64,000 nt of DNA from Moniliella sp. 'wahieum' (taxonomy: Eukaryota). The translations under genes were made by a program, and so were the position numbers. The stretch lies in the NCBI GenBank assembly GCA_003971905.1, contig RSEE01000010.1, positions 558,001 to 622,000 on the forward strand. The letters are read 5' to 3'. Shown in pieces: positions 1 through 13,434 of the stretch. Each line of letters starts with the position of its first letter. Positions within the stretch are counted from its first letter, which is position 1. The notes below the pieces were generated by a model, which saw nothing but the letters and a program-made list of their open reading frames with translations, searched no databases and was not told where the DNA came from.

Positions 1-543
1 GTGCCGCTCGAGGTATGCCAGCTGCGACAAAGGTCAGAAGGGCAGGCAGGCGAGGGGGACATGGGGAAGGGCGTACCTGGGCCGAGGCGAGGAAGGGGGC
101 GGTGAGGAAAGGGACGCTGCGCACCCGCAGGGTTTTGAGCGTGGTGCGGACAAGGTCCTGGGGGGAGAGAGAGTTGGACTCTGCAAAGACGGCCGTTGCG
201 GCCTCGAGGTCGTGGGCCTCGTACAGCTCCCACGCGCGGGCGCGGTCAGCAGGGCGGTGGTCGATCTGGCTGAAGGGGGGGTAGGAGCGGACAGGGGCCA
301 TGCCCTGGATGACGGCAACGGGGATGAGGGCGCGCTGGAGGATGTCGATGTGCTGGGAGATGCGTTCGGCGAGGGCGAGAGGCAGGCCGCCGACGGCGGC
401 GGTGAGTGGCTCGGGCTGCTCGGCGAGCACAGCGCGGACCCAGACGCTGAGATCGATGCCGATGCGGGTGTCTTGAGCGCATCGAGGGGCACTGTCTTGA
501 CCAGCCCGTGCTCGTGGAGGTACTCGGAGAGGCCGGTGATCAT
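1..543 (-). CDS. MKT1: MKT1-like XPG/PIN-fold post-transcriptional regulator, 5' part (continues off the left edge)
   Basis: Joining frames across 1-nt indels gives MITGLSEYLHEHGLVKTVPLDALK(D)TRIGIDLSVWVRAVL..EPLTAAVGGLPLAL..VPFLTAPFLASAQ, then an intron (GTACGC at ~78 to CTGAC..CAG at ~22), then LAYLERH. This matches the Mkt1 N-terminus pattern as I recall it. Confidence 0.8.
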
Positions 544-1371
544 GGCGGAGGAGGGGGGGAGGTGGTGGTGGTGGAGGCGAGCCAGTCAGTGCCGCTGTGC
601 CGGGCGTGGCCCCGGCTGCTGGGTGCGGCTGTGCGCTGCTGTGCCCCTTGCATCTGGCCTCGGCCCCTGCCGCCCCGCTGCTGCCCCTTGCGGCCCCGGC
701 CGTGTACATTTCAAAAACACATGCTGCTCACGTGGAGCGCCGAGCCGCGCTGGGCCGCATGCAATGCATCATGCATGATGCATGATTGAGCCGCCGCCAG
801 GTGGCTCATCGATCCTCATGCATCACCGTCATGCATCCCAAGCTTTGTCCAGACCCACGCCAGTTCTCCACGCACCCTCCGACGCAGTCGATCGGCCGGC
901 CAGCGCCTCTCTTTCTTGGCGACGGTGTGGGCCGTGCGTTTTGGCTTGCATGCATCCACACCCGACGTCTCTCCACGCTTATGTCTTCCTTGTTCCCCCA
1001 TTGTGCACACACACCCGAGCGGATGACGGCCATCATGCACACCATGGTTTGGTCCAGCCCTCTATCACCCCAATTCCCAGACGACAGCACGGCCCACCAT
1101 CGTATAGCGCCGCGGAAATATGCGTTTTCCGACTCTTCCTGCCGGAGAGGTTGTGACGCGCCGCTTTTCCTAGGATTCGGTTTCGTCCAGTTTCCCGTAT
1201 GGGCAGCCGACATGTGTTCCAGAGCATGACGGCGACCTCGTGAATCGTCTCCGTGTCCTCTTATACCGACAGGGACAGGGCCTCCCTAGTCTCAACCTCT
1301 TGCGTCCCGTATCATGCGACATGCTACACACCACTTGGTGGTCTGCCTTCGAGACGTCCGACCCGCCACAT

Positions 1372-1472
1372 GTTCTATTAGCTCAGTTGGCTAGAGCGTC
1401 CGACTGTTAAAGACGGCCCACACTTGTCTATTCGACATCGGGAGGTCGTTGGTTCGAGCCCAACATGGAACG
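1372..1472 (+). tRNA. tRNA-Asn(GTT) with a 27-nt intron (1410-1436)
   Basis: Acceptor stem GTTCTAT/ATGGAAC; A-box TAGCTCAGTTGG; anticodon arm TCCGA-CTGTTA[intron]A-TCGGG; B-box GGTTCGAGCC; T5 Pol III terminator at 1474-1478. Confidence 0.93.
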
Positions 1473-2500
1473 CTTTTTGCCTTCCCCATAGCATGTAACA
1501 CCGTCCTCGCACTGCCGTGGCACCATATTTGCCCTGTTGATTCAACCCAGCCGATGCAGTTCAAGCCGAGGGGTACCAGAAAATGGTAGGGTTTCCTGGA
1601 AGAAGTTTGGGGGCGGGTAGATCACCTCAATAGCATGTGTGGTCCCTGTCTTTCGCTTCGTATACACCGCAGGTGAAGGTGAAGACTTGGCCGTTTTCGT
1701 GGGCGCTTGTGCCATCAGACTCTATGGCCCACATGATTCCCTGATTCCGATGCCACAAGCATCCGGCCCCTGCGTCATCTCACCTCTCTCTCAAGAGCCG
1801 GACAAGAACGGGTTTACTCTTTCCTTTGTCACTCCATCGTGCTCCAATGTTGGTGGTCCATGTGTTCGACGGCAAAAAGCAGGGCGGGGTGCCTCTACGG
1901 GAGTTGTGTTGGTTGGGGAGAGCACGGAAGAAATTCGTTCACTGCACGGCATATAGTAAACAGTGGCCGATCACCTTGGTCAGTTCTGCACCCGTAAGCG
2001 CTTGTCCATCCTCCGGGCGAAGAGAGAAGGACACATGTACTGAGTAAAAGTGAGGTCCAAATTGTCCGCATTCCGACTTGCATGCTTCCACATGGAAACG
2101 AAGGGGCCTGCAGTTGGGCAAACGAGTCCCCTTAATCGGGGTGGAGAGGCTCATACCCCACATGGGCTGGTGGAGGCGATTGATGCGCTTCCATGCGCAC
2201 CTTCAATACGGAACAAGAGTCGATACATTGCTTTGGCTCGATTATACGGCACCCTGACGGGTGGAGGGGGCTGAGTGGAGGTGGTGGTGCCAACAAAGTA
2301 TAGGCCAACTAGTTCCCGCCCTACCCGACTGATAGGAATGATCGATGATTCATGTGATGAAGGGTGAGCGCGATGAGCATACCGAATTCCGCTCCTCACG
2401 GCGCAGTTGGCATTCCGCTGCTGGCTGCTTTGTAATAGCCCGTCGCAGAGTACCCAGCCCCCGCACCCGCAGCCTGGCGCCTCCCCACCACTGACGGAAG

Positions 2501-3086
2501 ATGCGTGCGACGGGGGCTACGTTTTTGCGTGCCTCGCTCGCGCCTGCTCTGCGCGTCTCACGCCCTGCTCAGCTCCGTGCATCCGTACGGACCCTCGATG
2601 GCCACCGCAACCGAGACCCGTTCATCCAAGCCGAATGGGCCTTGCACAAGTCGCCTAATATCGAGCGGTATGCCGTCATGCGCAACCACACGGACCGCAA
2701 CTTTGAGTTCACCCCGACTGCGACGGCGGTGGTGATCATTGGGTGCATCATCGTGCCTTCTTTCATTGCGTGGTTGGTGTGGGACGACGCGGTACGTTGG
2801 TGTCGCTTGCATTACCTTGCCTTACCTTGCCTTGCTTGCTTTTCCCGCCATCCCGCGTTTGGCGGAGCGGATCCTGTCCAGGTGGGCAGGCACTTGCCAG
2901 GATCGCTACTAACCCACTTGCCAACAGCTCTACACAGCCCCCTTCCGCACCAACTTGCAGTTTGACCCCAACGTTCGCTGGCCGCATCGCAATGACCCGG
3001 AGCGCGCCGAGTACTTGAAGCACTATATCATTGGTGACTTTGATGAGTGGCTCGCGGCCAAGAAGGCAAGCGAGGCGGAAGCCTAG
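2501..3086 (+). CDS. NADH:ubiquinone oxidoreductase B15/NDUFB4-like subunit; 2 exons (intron 2792-2960)
   Basis: PNIERYAVMRNHTDRNFEFTP followed by one TM helix resembles the fungal NDUFB4 pattern (DPAIERW..MR....HFRFTP). GTACGT donor, GCTACTAAC branch, GCAG acceptor; exon 2 FDPNVRWP..SEAEA ends at TAG 3084-3086. Confidence 0.6.
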
Positions 3087-3664
3087 TGGGCGTCCCCGTG
3101 ACAATCTGTCTCCCTCCCCTACTGCCTTTCTCAGGCCCAATGCACCTCATACAGAATCCTGAACTTGGTGGGACATGGGATGGTGCATCTGTGTGGGTTG
3201 CGACGGCGGCGGTTGATGCACGTACGGGAATGGAGCTATTGCTAGGCAGCTCGGAGTAGACTATGCATGGGGTGGTGCCGGTTGGGGTTGGCTCTAAAGA
3301 TGGCAATCCAGCACGCCAACCCAACCAACCCCCAGGGACAGTTTCGGCTTTGCGACACGCTTTCCTAAACCTAGGAGAGGCGACAAACTGAACGGATAAT
3401 CGATCATCCTCTAGACAAAACAAACTCTAAGATCTAGTGTGTGGACAATCTCAGCGCCATCTCTGCACCACCGGAAGAGTCAATGACCAAAGTCGAATGG
3501 AACATGGCAATATGCAGGCCAGGGAAGAGGAGGAGTGGGGGGGTGTGGGGGGTGGGAGCAAAGGCGGAGGCCCAATCCGCTTCTGCACGAGTGAAGGATC
3601 GACGAAAGCACAACCGAGGCACCGGGTGAGAATGATGCCAAATCAATGTTCTCCATGCAGGAGG

Positions 3665-4786
<1,122 letters not shown>

Positions 4787-5741
4787 GCTGGGAAGTTGGT
4801 GGGAGATGGCCAACGTTGGCCGGGCGGAAGCGACGGCCGACCCGCTGCGGAATGTCGAAAGCAAAAAAGTGGGCAGCAGAACCGCTGGGCCGCCGCACGG
4901 CGCCACCCTCTCGACCTGTCGGGGGCACGTCCTCGCCCTTACTGCCCGCGTGCAGCGCACGCGAGCACTCGTCTGGTGCGGCAGGGCGGCGGGCGCCTCC
5001 GGCCCTCAGCGTCAGCGCTCAGCGCCTGCTGCTGGGTTCCTCCGGTTTTTTCCTTCGTCTTTGAAATTTCACATTGGACAGTTCGCGTCGCCCGCGTCAC
5101 GTGCTGCTGCGTTGCGGCCTGGCCGTCTCCGCAGACACGAGGGCGCGCATCGCACTGGTGCATCAGCGGCACTGCCCTAGTTACTGACGTGCACGGCCTG
5201 CGCCGCCTCCACTTGGTTCCAATTGTAAGCCGAGCGCGTAGTAGACCCCGCTGGCGCATTCCTCTGTTCTTCCTTGCCACCCCCCCGCCACCTCTTCGCT
5301 CAACTTGTTACCTCGTTCTCACTCAGCTGCTTCTGGTAGCTCACACCGCGCCGTCTGCCTGCCGCGTAGTACGTCGCTACAGCGCCCAGCGACGTTCGCC
5401 ACACCGGCCACAGTCATAGCCCAACACAGTACCGCAGCTGGTACACATGTCCCCACATTATGTGCGGGAGCTATCGAAGACTTAATAATGCAATCGACCG
5501 TGGGGTCGTTCGCATTGGCCGTCAGGGAGTACAGTGACATACTTGGGGAGGCAGAGGAACCGTACAGCGGCGAACAAAATCATAACTTCAGCATAGAGGG
5601 CGGTCCGTCGGGCGGTCGGACGGGCGGGCGGTCGTGGAAACAGGTAGAGAGAACAAAACGTATCGGAAAACAGAGTAAAGAGTATAGCAGCGTACGGTCG
5701 TAGGATCAGCAGGTCAGGACGGATGCAGATGTCGTGAATCG

Positions 5742-6740
5742 TTAGGGGCGCATAGGACGGTCAAAGGGCCATTCACCTAGAATGTCTGGCGCGTCAGGTG
5801 CAGGAAAGCCAGGGCAACGAAAATGTGTCAAGTTGGTATAGGATCGCATCGAAGTGAGTCTCGGGGGCCAAACAGCGGCACCCGGATTGGACACAAATGA
5901 TTGCATGCTAGTCTATATTGACATGTTAGACGTAAGACCGAACCAAATGTGTGGAAAGTGACATACTCGTTCAAAATCGGGCAATTTACTGACCACCACG
6001 TACTTTTCCCCCTGTTGGGATTCAACGGAGAAGTGGTGGAGACCCATTTTCTGGGCAATAACGTGGACCACTCGGCGTTCGGCGGATGTCAGGGAAGAAG
6101 AAAAAGACAACTCATCTCTCATGCGATCATCACGAAAGAGAAGAATGCGAGAATAGACGTCCAGTGTGGTGGGGTCATTCATATTGAGTTCAGGTGTTGC
6201 TGTCAGATGCGTCGTAGGCCCGAGAGGGCTCGGGGGCGACGGGTGCCCCACCGGGTTCGGGAGAGGAGCACACGACGAAAGAGGCGGCTGGAAATGATAG
6301 TTCCAGTTCTTGCCCTTTTCAATCTGGAGAGAATGCATCCTCTTGATCGCCTTGTCTTTCTCTAGTCGGTCTTTTTCCCCTGGTTTGAGCACACGCTTGT
6401 GCTCAGCCCGCAATTTACGACCCGACACATCAAACCCGTTCAAGGCAGCCACCGCATTTTCGGCGTCGGCCGCATGGTGGTAGTTGGCAAACGCTAGGCC
6501 ACGAAAGATGCCTTGGTCAAAGTGGTAGTTGAACGCGTACGGCATGGGGAGCGATAAATCCGTCATCAGCGCAGCCAAACTTTCCTGAGGAAGAGTGAAA
6601 GGAATGTTTTTGATAACAATGGCGGTGGGGATAATGTCCGCCTTGGTGTGAGGCCACATAATGGGTGCAGCGGGCGCAGGGCTGCGCTCAACAGGACCAA
6701 CCAAGGGGTACGGATCCACAATGCGACCACTGCTCATCAT
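5742..6740 (-). CDS. PIN4: PIN4/Cip1-Cip2-like RNA-binding protein (RRM + R3H); intron ~5913-5966
   Basis: IPTAIVIKNIPF..PYAFNYHFDQGIFRGLAFANY..GRKLRAEHKRVL (Pin4-type RRM); LNMNDPTTLDVYSRILLFRDD..ERRVVHVIAQKMGLHHFS (R3H). GTATGT..CTAAC..TAG intron gives an in-frame last exon ending at 5742. Confidence 0.8.
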
Positions 6741-8537
6741 GAGAAAGTGGGAGGGTGTGCGGAGGAAAGGCGAGTGTAGGTCGTATGTAAGGAAGAGCAA
6801 TGGGGTGGGCTAGGAGGACCTGCCCAACGAGCCCAGGAAGGTGGTGGAAGCAACGAGACGGAAGGTTGCGATGCGAAAACAGAATGGTATCTGTCCAACA
6901 ATGGCTGGCACAGCCACCATAACATGCACCAGGGCTTGTCAACGTCTGCGGGGGGGCTCACCAATCACCGATGCGTGCGGGGGCGGTGACCGGTGAGGTT
7001 GGGGAGCTGCTAGCCATGTCATAGATTAGTCAGCCGGTCAGACTCAGGCGCACCACCGCCCTGGCAGCTTGGACCCTGGCAGATGGACTTGGCCTTGCAG
7101 CTTGCTCGGTCTCAGATCTCATATCCCCTCTGCCCTCCCGCCGCAGCCACGACGACACGTGTCGGACAGGCATGGCGCCACTGCTCCAGATGATACGTCT
7201 TTCACGGTAACTAGGGTAACTGGCCCCAGAAGTGAGCTCGATGTGACGCGTTCATGCGTGAACGGGTGAACGTGGAGACGTAGGACATTGGCCTTCCTAC
7301 ATGGTCACTCGCATTCTTGAGGCCCAGGCTTGCCAGCTGCACGCCTCAAAAGCCTTCCATGGAACGCCTCGTCGGTCCATTTCCTTTTCCGCCGCAAAAC
7401 AATGGGAAAGTGAGCTGCTCAGGCAGTTCACATGCTATGGCGCAAGCGCCCAGTGAAGCTAGTGACTAGGGACTAGTGACTTATTAGCGCTGTTTAGCAT
7501 GTTAGCTGTTATATCAAGTTGAAAATTTTGGGCTGGAAACCGAGAATCCGGATGGCAGGGAATACCGGCCTTCTTAACATTCAGTTACTGAGTGAACGTG
7601 CGTGCAGTTTCAAAGCCCAACTTGAACGTTCATTTGCATGTTAGGGTTAAATGTTCAACGCTTCGGAGATAGAGATCATTATGTGACGCTTCTGGCAGGC
7701 CTAAGGCCAAGCCTAGGGCCTAAGGCCTAATGTATGAGGGGACTGAGTACTGACGCAAGAGGTTTGGTGTTGGATACTGGATGATTGATGAGATTGGGTA
7801 CGTTCTGGGAGCGACACCTGGAGTAGGGAACTGTTTGGTACGCGACAAGTGCGGCTTGATATTGAACGTTCAGTATGGTGAACGTGCAATCTGAGATTGA
7901 ATGTTCGCCCATGGATTAGGGTTAGGTGACCGGTGAGGCCGGTGAGGCGGCGAGTGCGAGCCTGGGAGGTGTGCCATGTGATATGTGGCGTGTGAAGTGT
8001 GATGCGGCGATTGCCTTTGGGAGGGAGCAGCGGTCGGCGGCCGGCGACTGGAGCCCAACGCCCAACTTAAACACTTGCGGTCTTCCGCCCGGTCTACTCC
8101 GAAATTTGCAGCGTTCTGTGCCCGTGACAGCTCTGGTGGCAAGCAGGGGGGTGGCCCGCCGCCCATGAGAGCGCACCCCACCTGTGTGCGCCTGTGTGCC
8201 TCACCGCCTCACCGCCTCACCGCCCACGGCATCATCCATCCCTCGCCTCTGCCACACTGCGCCAGCCGCCGCTCCAGTGACCGGTGACGTGTGGGCAGGC
8301 ACCCCACCAGTCTCGCTTCCTGCTCCGTCGGACGCCTGCCGATGCAACACCGCCCCCCCACCTCTCTTCCCCCTGCCCTCTCCCGGTCAGTCCATTTTCA
8401 CACCTTCCCGTCGACACACCTATAAGGAGCGGCTCCGCCCCTTATCCGTCCTCTCTTCTTTTTTCTCTCTGCCGACCTTGTCCGCTTTGCCACCGACCGA
8501 TTCTGTCCCGCTTCACTGCCAAGCGGACACCTTCGTC

Positions 8538-10045
8538 ATGTCCATTTCGCCCAATGTGACCAGCGCCACGCAGCGCAAGTCTGCTGTCGATGCTCCCGCC
8601 GCGGCGTCAGCAGCACCAGCCGCAGCCGCGGGCAAAGCGCCGACCAAGTTCTCCTTCCGCAAGCAGGAGCGGTACGATCCCTCGGCCCTCCCGCAAGTGC
8701 CGATCCCCGACTTTTCAGTCAAGGATTTGCTCACGGCCATCCCCAAGCACTGCTACGAGCGCAGCGCACTCCATTCGAGCGTGTATGTGCTGCAGGACTT
8801 GGTGCTCATGTCGGCAGCCTTTACGCGGCTACCTACATTGACCCCTTTGTCGCTGGCCTTGACTTTACCAAGTCGCCGATCGACCCGAGTTGGTTGTCCT
8901 TCGGAGCCCAGGCCCGTGTGCTCTCGTTCAGCCTTTTTGCCATCTACCAATTTTTCCAAGGCCTTGTCTTTACCGGCATCTGGGTGAATGCCCACGAATG
9001 TGGCCACCAGGCTTTCAGCACGTCCAAGACGCTGAACAATGCGGTCGGCTTTGTCTTGCACACGTTCCTTCTCGTGCCGTACCACTCATGGCGCATCTCA
9101 CATGCTCGCCACCATGCCGCTACGGGCCACATGACGCGGGACGAGGTCTTTGTGCCCCGTACCCGGGAGCAACGCGGACTTCTTCCTCTCCGGCCTGCCA
9201 GCCCCCCGGCTGAGGCCGAGAACGACTTTTTGAAGGTGCCTTCGGAGTCAAAGGCAAAGGCGACCGGTGAGGTGGAGGCGCCCGTGTATGACGACTCTGA
9301 CTTGACTTGGGGAGAGTGGCTGGACGAGATGTTGGAAGACGCACCGATCTACAATTTGATCATGCTCGTCTTTCAGCAACTCCTTGGCTGGCAACTGTAC
9401 CTCACCATCAACGCTTCCGGCCAGCTGCACTACCCCAAGGGTACCAACCACTTTAACCCCAACTCTGTCATCTTCGATGCGCGCCACAAGTGGCAGATTA
9501 TTGCTTCCGACATTGGCATCGCAGTGGTGATTGGGGGTCTGGTTGCAGCTTCCTACCTTGCCCCCAATGGGTTCTGGGACGTGTTCCGCTACTACATTGT
9601 GCCCTACGTCTGGTGCAACCACTGGCTGGTGATGATTACCTACCTCCAGCACACTGACGCTCTTCTGCCTCATTACAAGGCGGAGGAGTGGACCTTCCCG
9701 CGCGGTGCGCTGGCCACGATTGACCGTCAATGGCTGTGGCCGATTGGTCCTTTCTTCTTCCATGGCATTGCCGAGACGCACGTTGCGCACCACATCCACT
9801 CGAAGATCCCCCACTACCACGCATGGGAGGCGACGACTGCGCTGCAGGCCAAGCTCGGCCCGTACTATGTCCACTCGGAGGAGAATGTGTTCCGCACGCT
9901 GTGGAAGTCGTTCCGCTCCTGCCGCTTTGTCGACAAGGATGAGGGCATCGCCTTTTTCCGCAATGCGCAGGGCGTGCCCACCGCGTCCATTGCTCAGAAA
10001 CGCGCCGAGGAGACGTCCGACTCGGGCGTGGCCTTGTCGGAGTAA
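8538..10045 (+). CDS. FAD2: Delta-12 (oleate) fatty acid desaturase; frameshift(s) near 8820-8890
   Basis: IPDFSVKDLLTAIPKHCYERS; three His boxes HECGH, HARHH, HVAHH; WLVMITYLQHTD; TATA-like TATAAG at 8421. Confidence 0.93.
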
Positions 10046-11073
10046 AGGTGTCTGGCCTCGCCTCGCTTGTCCCCATCTCTCACCCCCTGTCCCAGTGCGA
10101 TACGGATATGCTCTTCGCCCAGCCCAATCCCCTAAGCGTTTATAAGAACAGGTGTCTGTGCATCGCTCCCTGAAGCAGTGTGATCAGATAGAACGTTCTT
10201 TGTCCAATGTGCATTGAGCTTGTCCGCATATATGACGGTCCGGTCGTTGAGCCAGTTAGATGGAAGGCCGCGTCGTCTCCCACAGCAATTCGCCTCATTC
10301 ACAACCTCAGGTGTGGTCTCGAAGCCTAAGAGCGTCTGCACTCCTTTGCGAGTGTCCTCTCGGCACTCCCAAAACACTCGAGCTACTTGCAGAGAGATGA
10401 GGAGATTGCAGAAGCGAACATGTTGAGCTGTACACAGAGACTACACACTTACGAAGTAGATGCGGTTAACGGTGATCAGGGTCACTGGCGTCTATTCTTG
10501 ACCTAGGGGGCGATAAGTTAGGTTGGGCACGTGTTTCCCCACAGGGCAGGAGAAGAGGTATGCCGTTCATCAGAAGGAAGTTGTAATTGAAGCTTCGAGG
10601 CCACAGTGGCTGAGATTTGCCCACAAAAGGCCCCCAGGCCTAGTACTTGCTTCCGGCGCGCAAACCTAGTCGTAGCTGCCATGCCAGGCCATACCACAGA
10701 GCAGAGCTGGGAAGTGCTGAGGTAAGCCCAACGCCCAGGCGGGTCCGTGCACTGCTCCTGCGCATGGGACCACACCAGCTTGGAAGGTCAAGCGCCCGTC
10801 TGCGCCCGCCCCACCCACCACCTCCCCGTGTCGTCCGACAGCTCGTCCTCCTCCCATCCACGCTTTGCCCAGCGTGCTCTTTCCCTTATCCATCCGCGCT
10901 GCCACCCCCCTTCGCGCTGTCTGCCGTGTGCCCAGCTTCGGTTCCCACCTGTCATCACCTCGAACCTTCACCACCACCACCGCCCGTCCGCATTCTGTCA
11001 AGGTGCGCCCCCCCACCGGCAGTTATGCTGGCCTGAGCTCTCATGAACCTTGCTGACCTTGAATGGGTTCCAG

Positions 11074-11629
11074 ATGTCGCACCTAGACGACAACTGCCTT
11101 TTCTGCAAGATCATCCGCGGCCAGATCCCGTCGCAGAAGTTGTACGAGACGGAGACAAGCTATGCGTTTTTGGAGTATGGCATCCTATCCCCCCCTGTGC
11201 GCATTTCTCCGGCACTAACTCTCCACTTTCTGTAGCATTGGCCCCATATCCAAGGGTCACTCGCTCGTGATTCCCAAGTACCACGGGGAGCGTCTGCACG
11301 ACGTTCCGGACGAGTACCTGTCGGACCTGTTGGCCGTGGCGAAGAAACTGGCCAAAGCCCAGGGCATTGTGGACTACAACGTTCTCCAGAACAATGGCAA
11401 GATTGCGCACCAAGTTGTCGGCCATGTGCATGTCCACATGATTCCCAAGCCCAACACGGAGGAAGGCCTGATTGTTGGCTGGCCCGGCACTTCGCCCTCG
11501 AAGGAAGAGTTGCAGGAGGTATGTGCCATGCGGAGCTTCACCCCAAAAGGAAAACAGGACGTTGGCTACGGAGCACTGTACTGACTCTTTGGATATCAGA
11601 CGGCCGACAAGATTCGTAAGAACATCTGA
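11074..11629 (+). CDS. HNT1: HIT-family (HINT) nucleotide phosphoramidase; introns ~11175-11234 and ~11519-11599
   Basis: NCLFCKIIRGQIPS..YAFLDIGPISKGHSLVIPKYHG..YNVLQNNGKIAHQVVGHVHVHMIPKP (histidine triad); canonical splice sites. Confidence 0.93.
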
Positions 11630-13434
11630 GTCTGCTGTATCTCAGGTCCCAGGTCCAAGGTCGGAGCGCTCAGTCCAAATGAAGCTCGATCCTTGGTCAT
11701 TGATCAGCAAGCAGCTGGTACCTTTTCCTTGACGCTGTACGACCCAAGGGAAGTTATCCCCCTTGGCCCCTGCGTCTTTTGGTGTGATCATGCATCCTGT
11801 ATATGGCTACAATGTGGGCGCCCCTGATAGAATGACCGAGCCAGTCGGCGTTGCATGATTCTCTGGCCCTGTTGACATCACCATAGGTCCCCACTAAGAG
11901 GTACATCTGAGGTCTGGCCTCAGGAGGCCGACAGGATCCAAATCGCCGGATAACGTCAGGTGCACAGAGGGCTAGAGTGCGAATTATGATTGACGCTGGG
12001 ACAGAAGACGTCGAGCGTATGTGCGGTGGAGGGAAAAAACCGCGCTTTGCTGCAGCGCCGTTACGGGGCTTGTCCAGGTCAGGCACGGTCTCTTTCACCC
12101 ACTTGAAGCTTTATTGCCATGGACAGAATCGACGCGTCCGCATATCTCACCCCACATCACCTGCCTTCTCCGTCCTGCTCCTTCTATGAGAAAACAATGC
12201 CTCACCTTTAGTCTTTCAAAGCGCGCCCTTTACCCCTCGGCGCGCGGTCTTCATTTCCCGTCGCCATTGGCCCACACCTGGGAAGGATAGCGCCACCGCC
12301 ACACGTCAAAATGCATTGCCGCACGAACACTGTCTCCCCCCCGTCGCGTTGTTTGTGCCACCTTTCGGCGCGTCCCTCCCTTCCCTTGGGGGAAGAGGTG
12401 GTACTTCCAGAGATACTGTCCCCAAAGATTCACTCTCAGGCTTTTTTGTTCATCGTCCCATGTTCAACCCCATGGCACTTGTGCCACTTGTATGATAGCC
12501 CATGATTCAACTCGCTCCTCCAGTTCGGACGCGCTGATTTCGGAACGTCCACATCCCGGCGGCTACCTGCCTCGTTCTTCGACTCGTTCTCCTTGCCTCT
12601 ATCTCCCCACCTCATCTTTGCGACAGAGGCGCACGGATCGCAGGCCCTGGACCTCGTTTCCCTGCTACCTACCCGGGTGAACCAAAGAGGCATACAAGAC
12701 ACGGCTTCAGTGGCACTCTTTTCCCAACGAGCATATCTCACCACCACCGCTCACGAACCGCCTGTCCGATGGACGGGGTTGTCAGGCGCATGCCTCGAAT
12801 GACATCGACAGCCAGGCCGCCTCGCTTGCCCCCGACAAGGCGCAGCGGCATGGTGGGTGCGCGGGTGGCCCGTTGAGGACGAGCGGAGGGAGTAGTCAGT
12901 GTGTCCTCACTCGGTGTTGCATTGCACGTTGCGCGCAGGGGTCGGGGTGGGCATGTGATGCATGTGATGCGGCACGGAGCGGAGGCAGGTGCTGGCCGGG
13001 GCTGCTGCAGGCCCAGCACCAACGATGGGTGACCGGTGAGGCATCATGCATGCGCGATTATTGGCACAGCTGAAATTGAAATGCTGGGCCATGTGATATG
13101 CGGCATGTGACATGGGATGCGTGATGCGTGATGTGTGCTGGGCGATAGTCGATAGCAGCCGGCGGCAGCCAGGTGTGGTGCCTGAGGCGCTGAGGCGCGC
13201 TGAGGCCGGAGTGGGTGCTGGTGTGCTGGTGTGCTGGTGTGCGTCGGACCCGAACCCAGCTGGCCCTGTCCCTCATGCATCAAGCATCAAGCCAAGCATC
13301 ATCGGTCGGCATGCGTCATGGCCATTTGATGGCCAGCACACCAATCACGAGCACTAGCCAGACCCCGCCCGTCTGGCCCACTGCCCGCCGGGCGTCTCGT
13401 GCAGCCTGCCCACCATTCCCCTTGTGTCCCGGCC

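Noticed and set aside
7641..7926. TTAGGG-like motifs (7641, 7916)
   Set aside because: Only 1-2 units each; not a telomere. At most Tbf1-type sites, which I cannot support.
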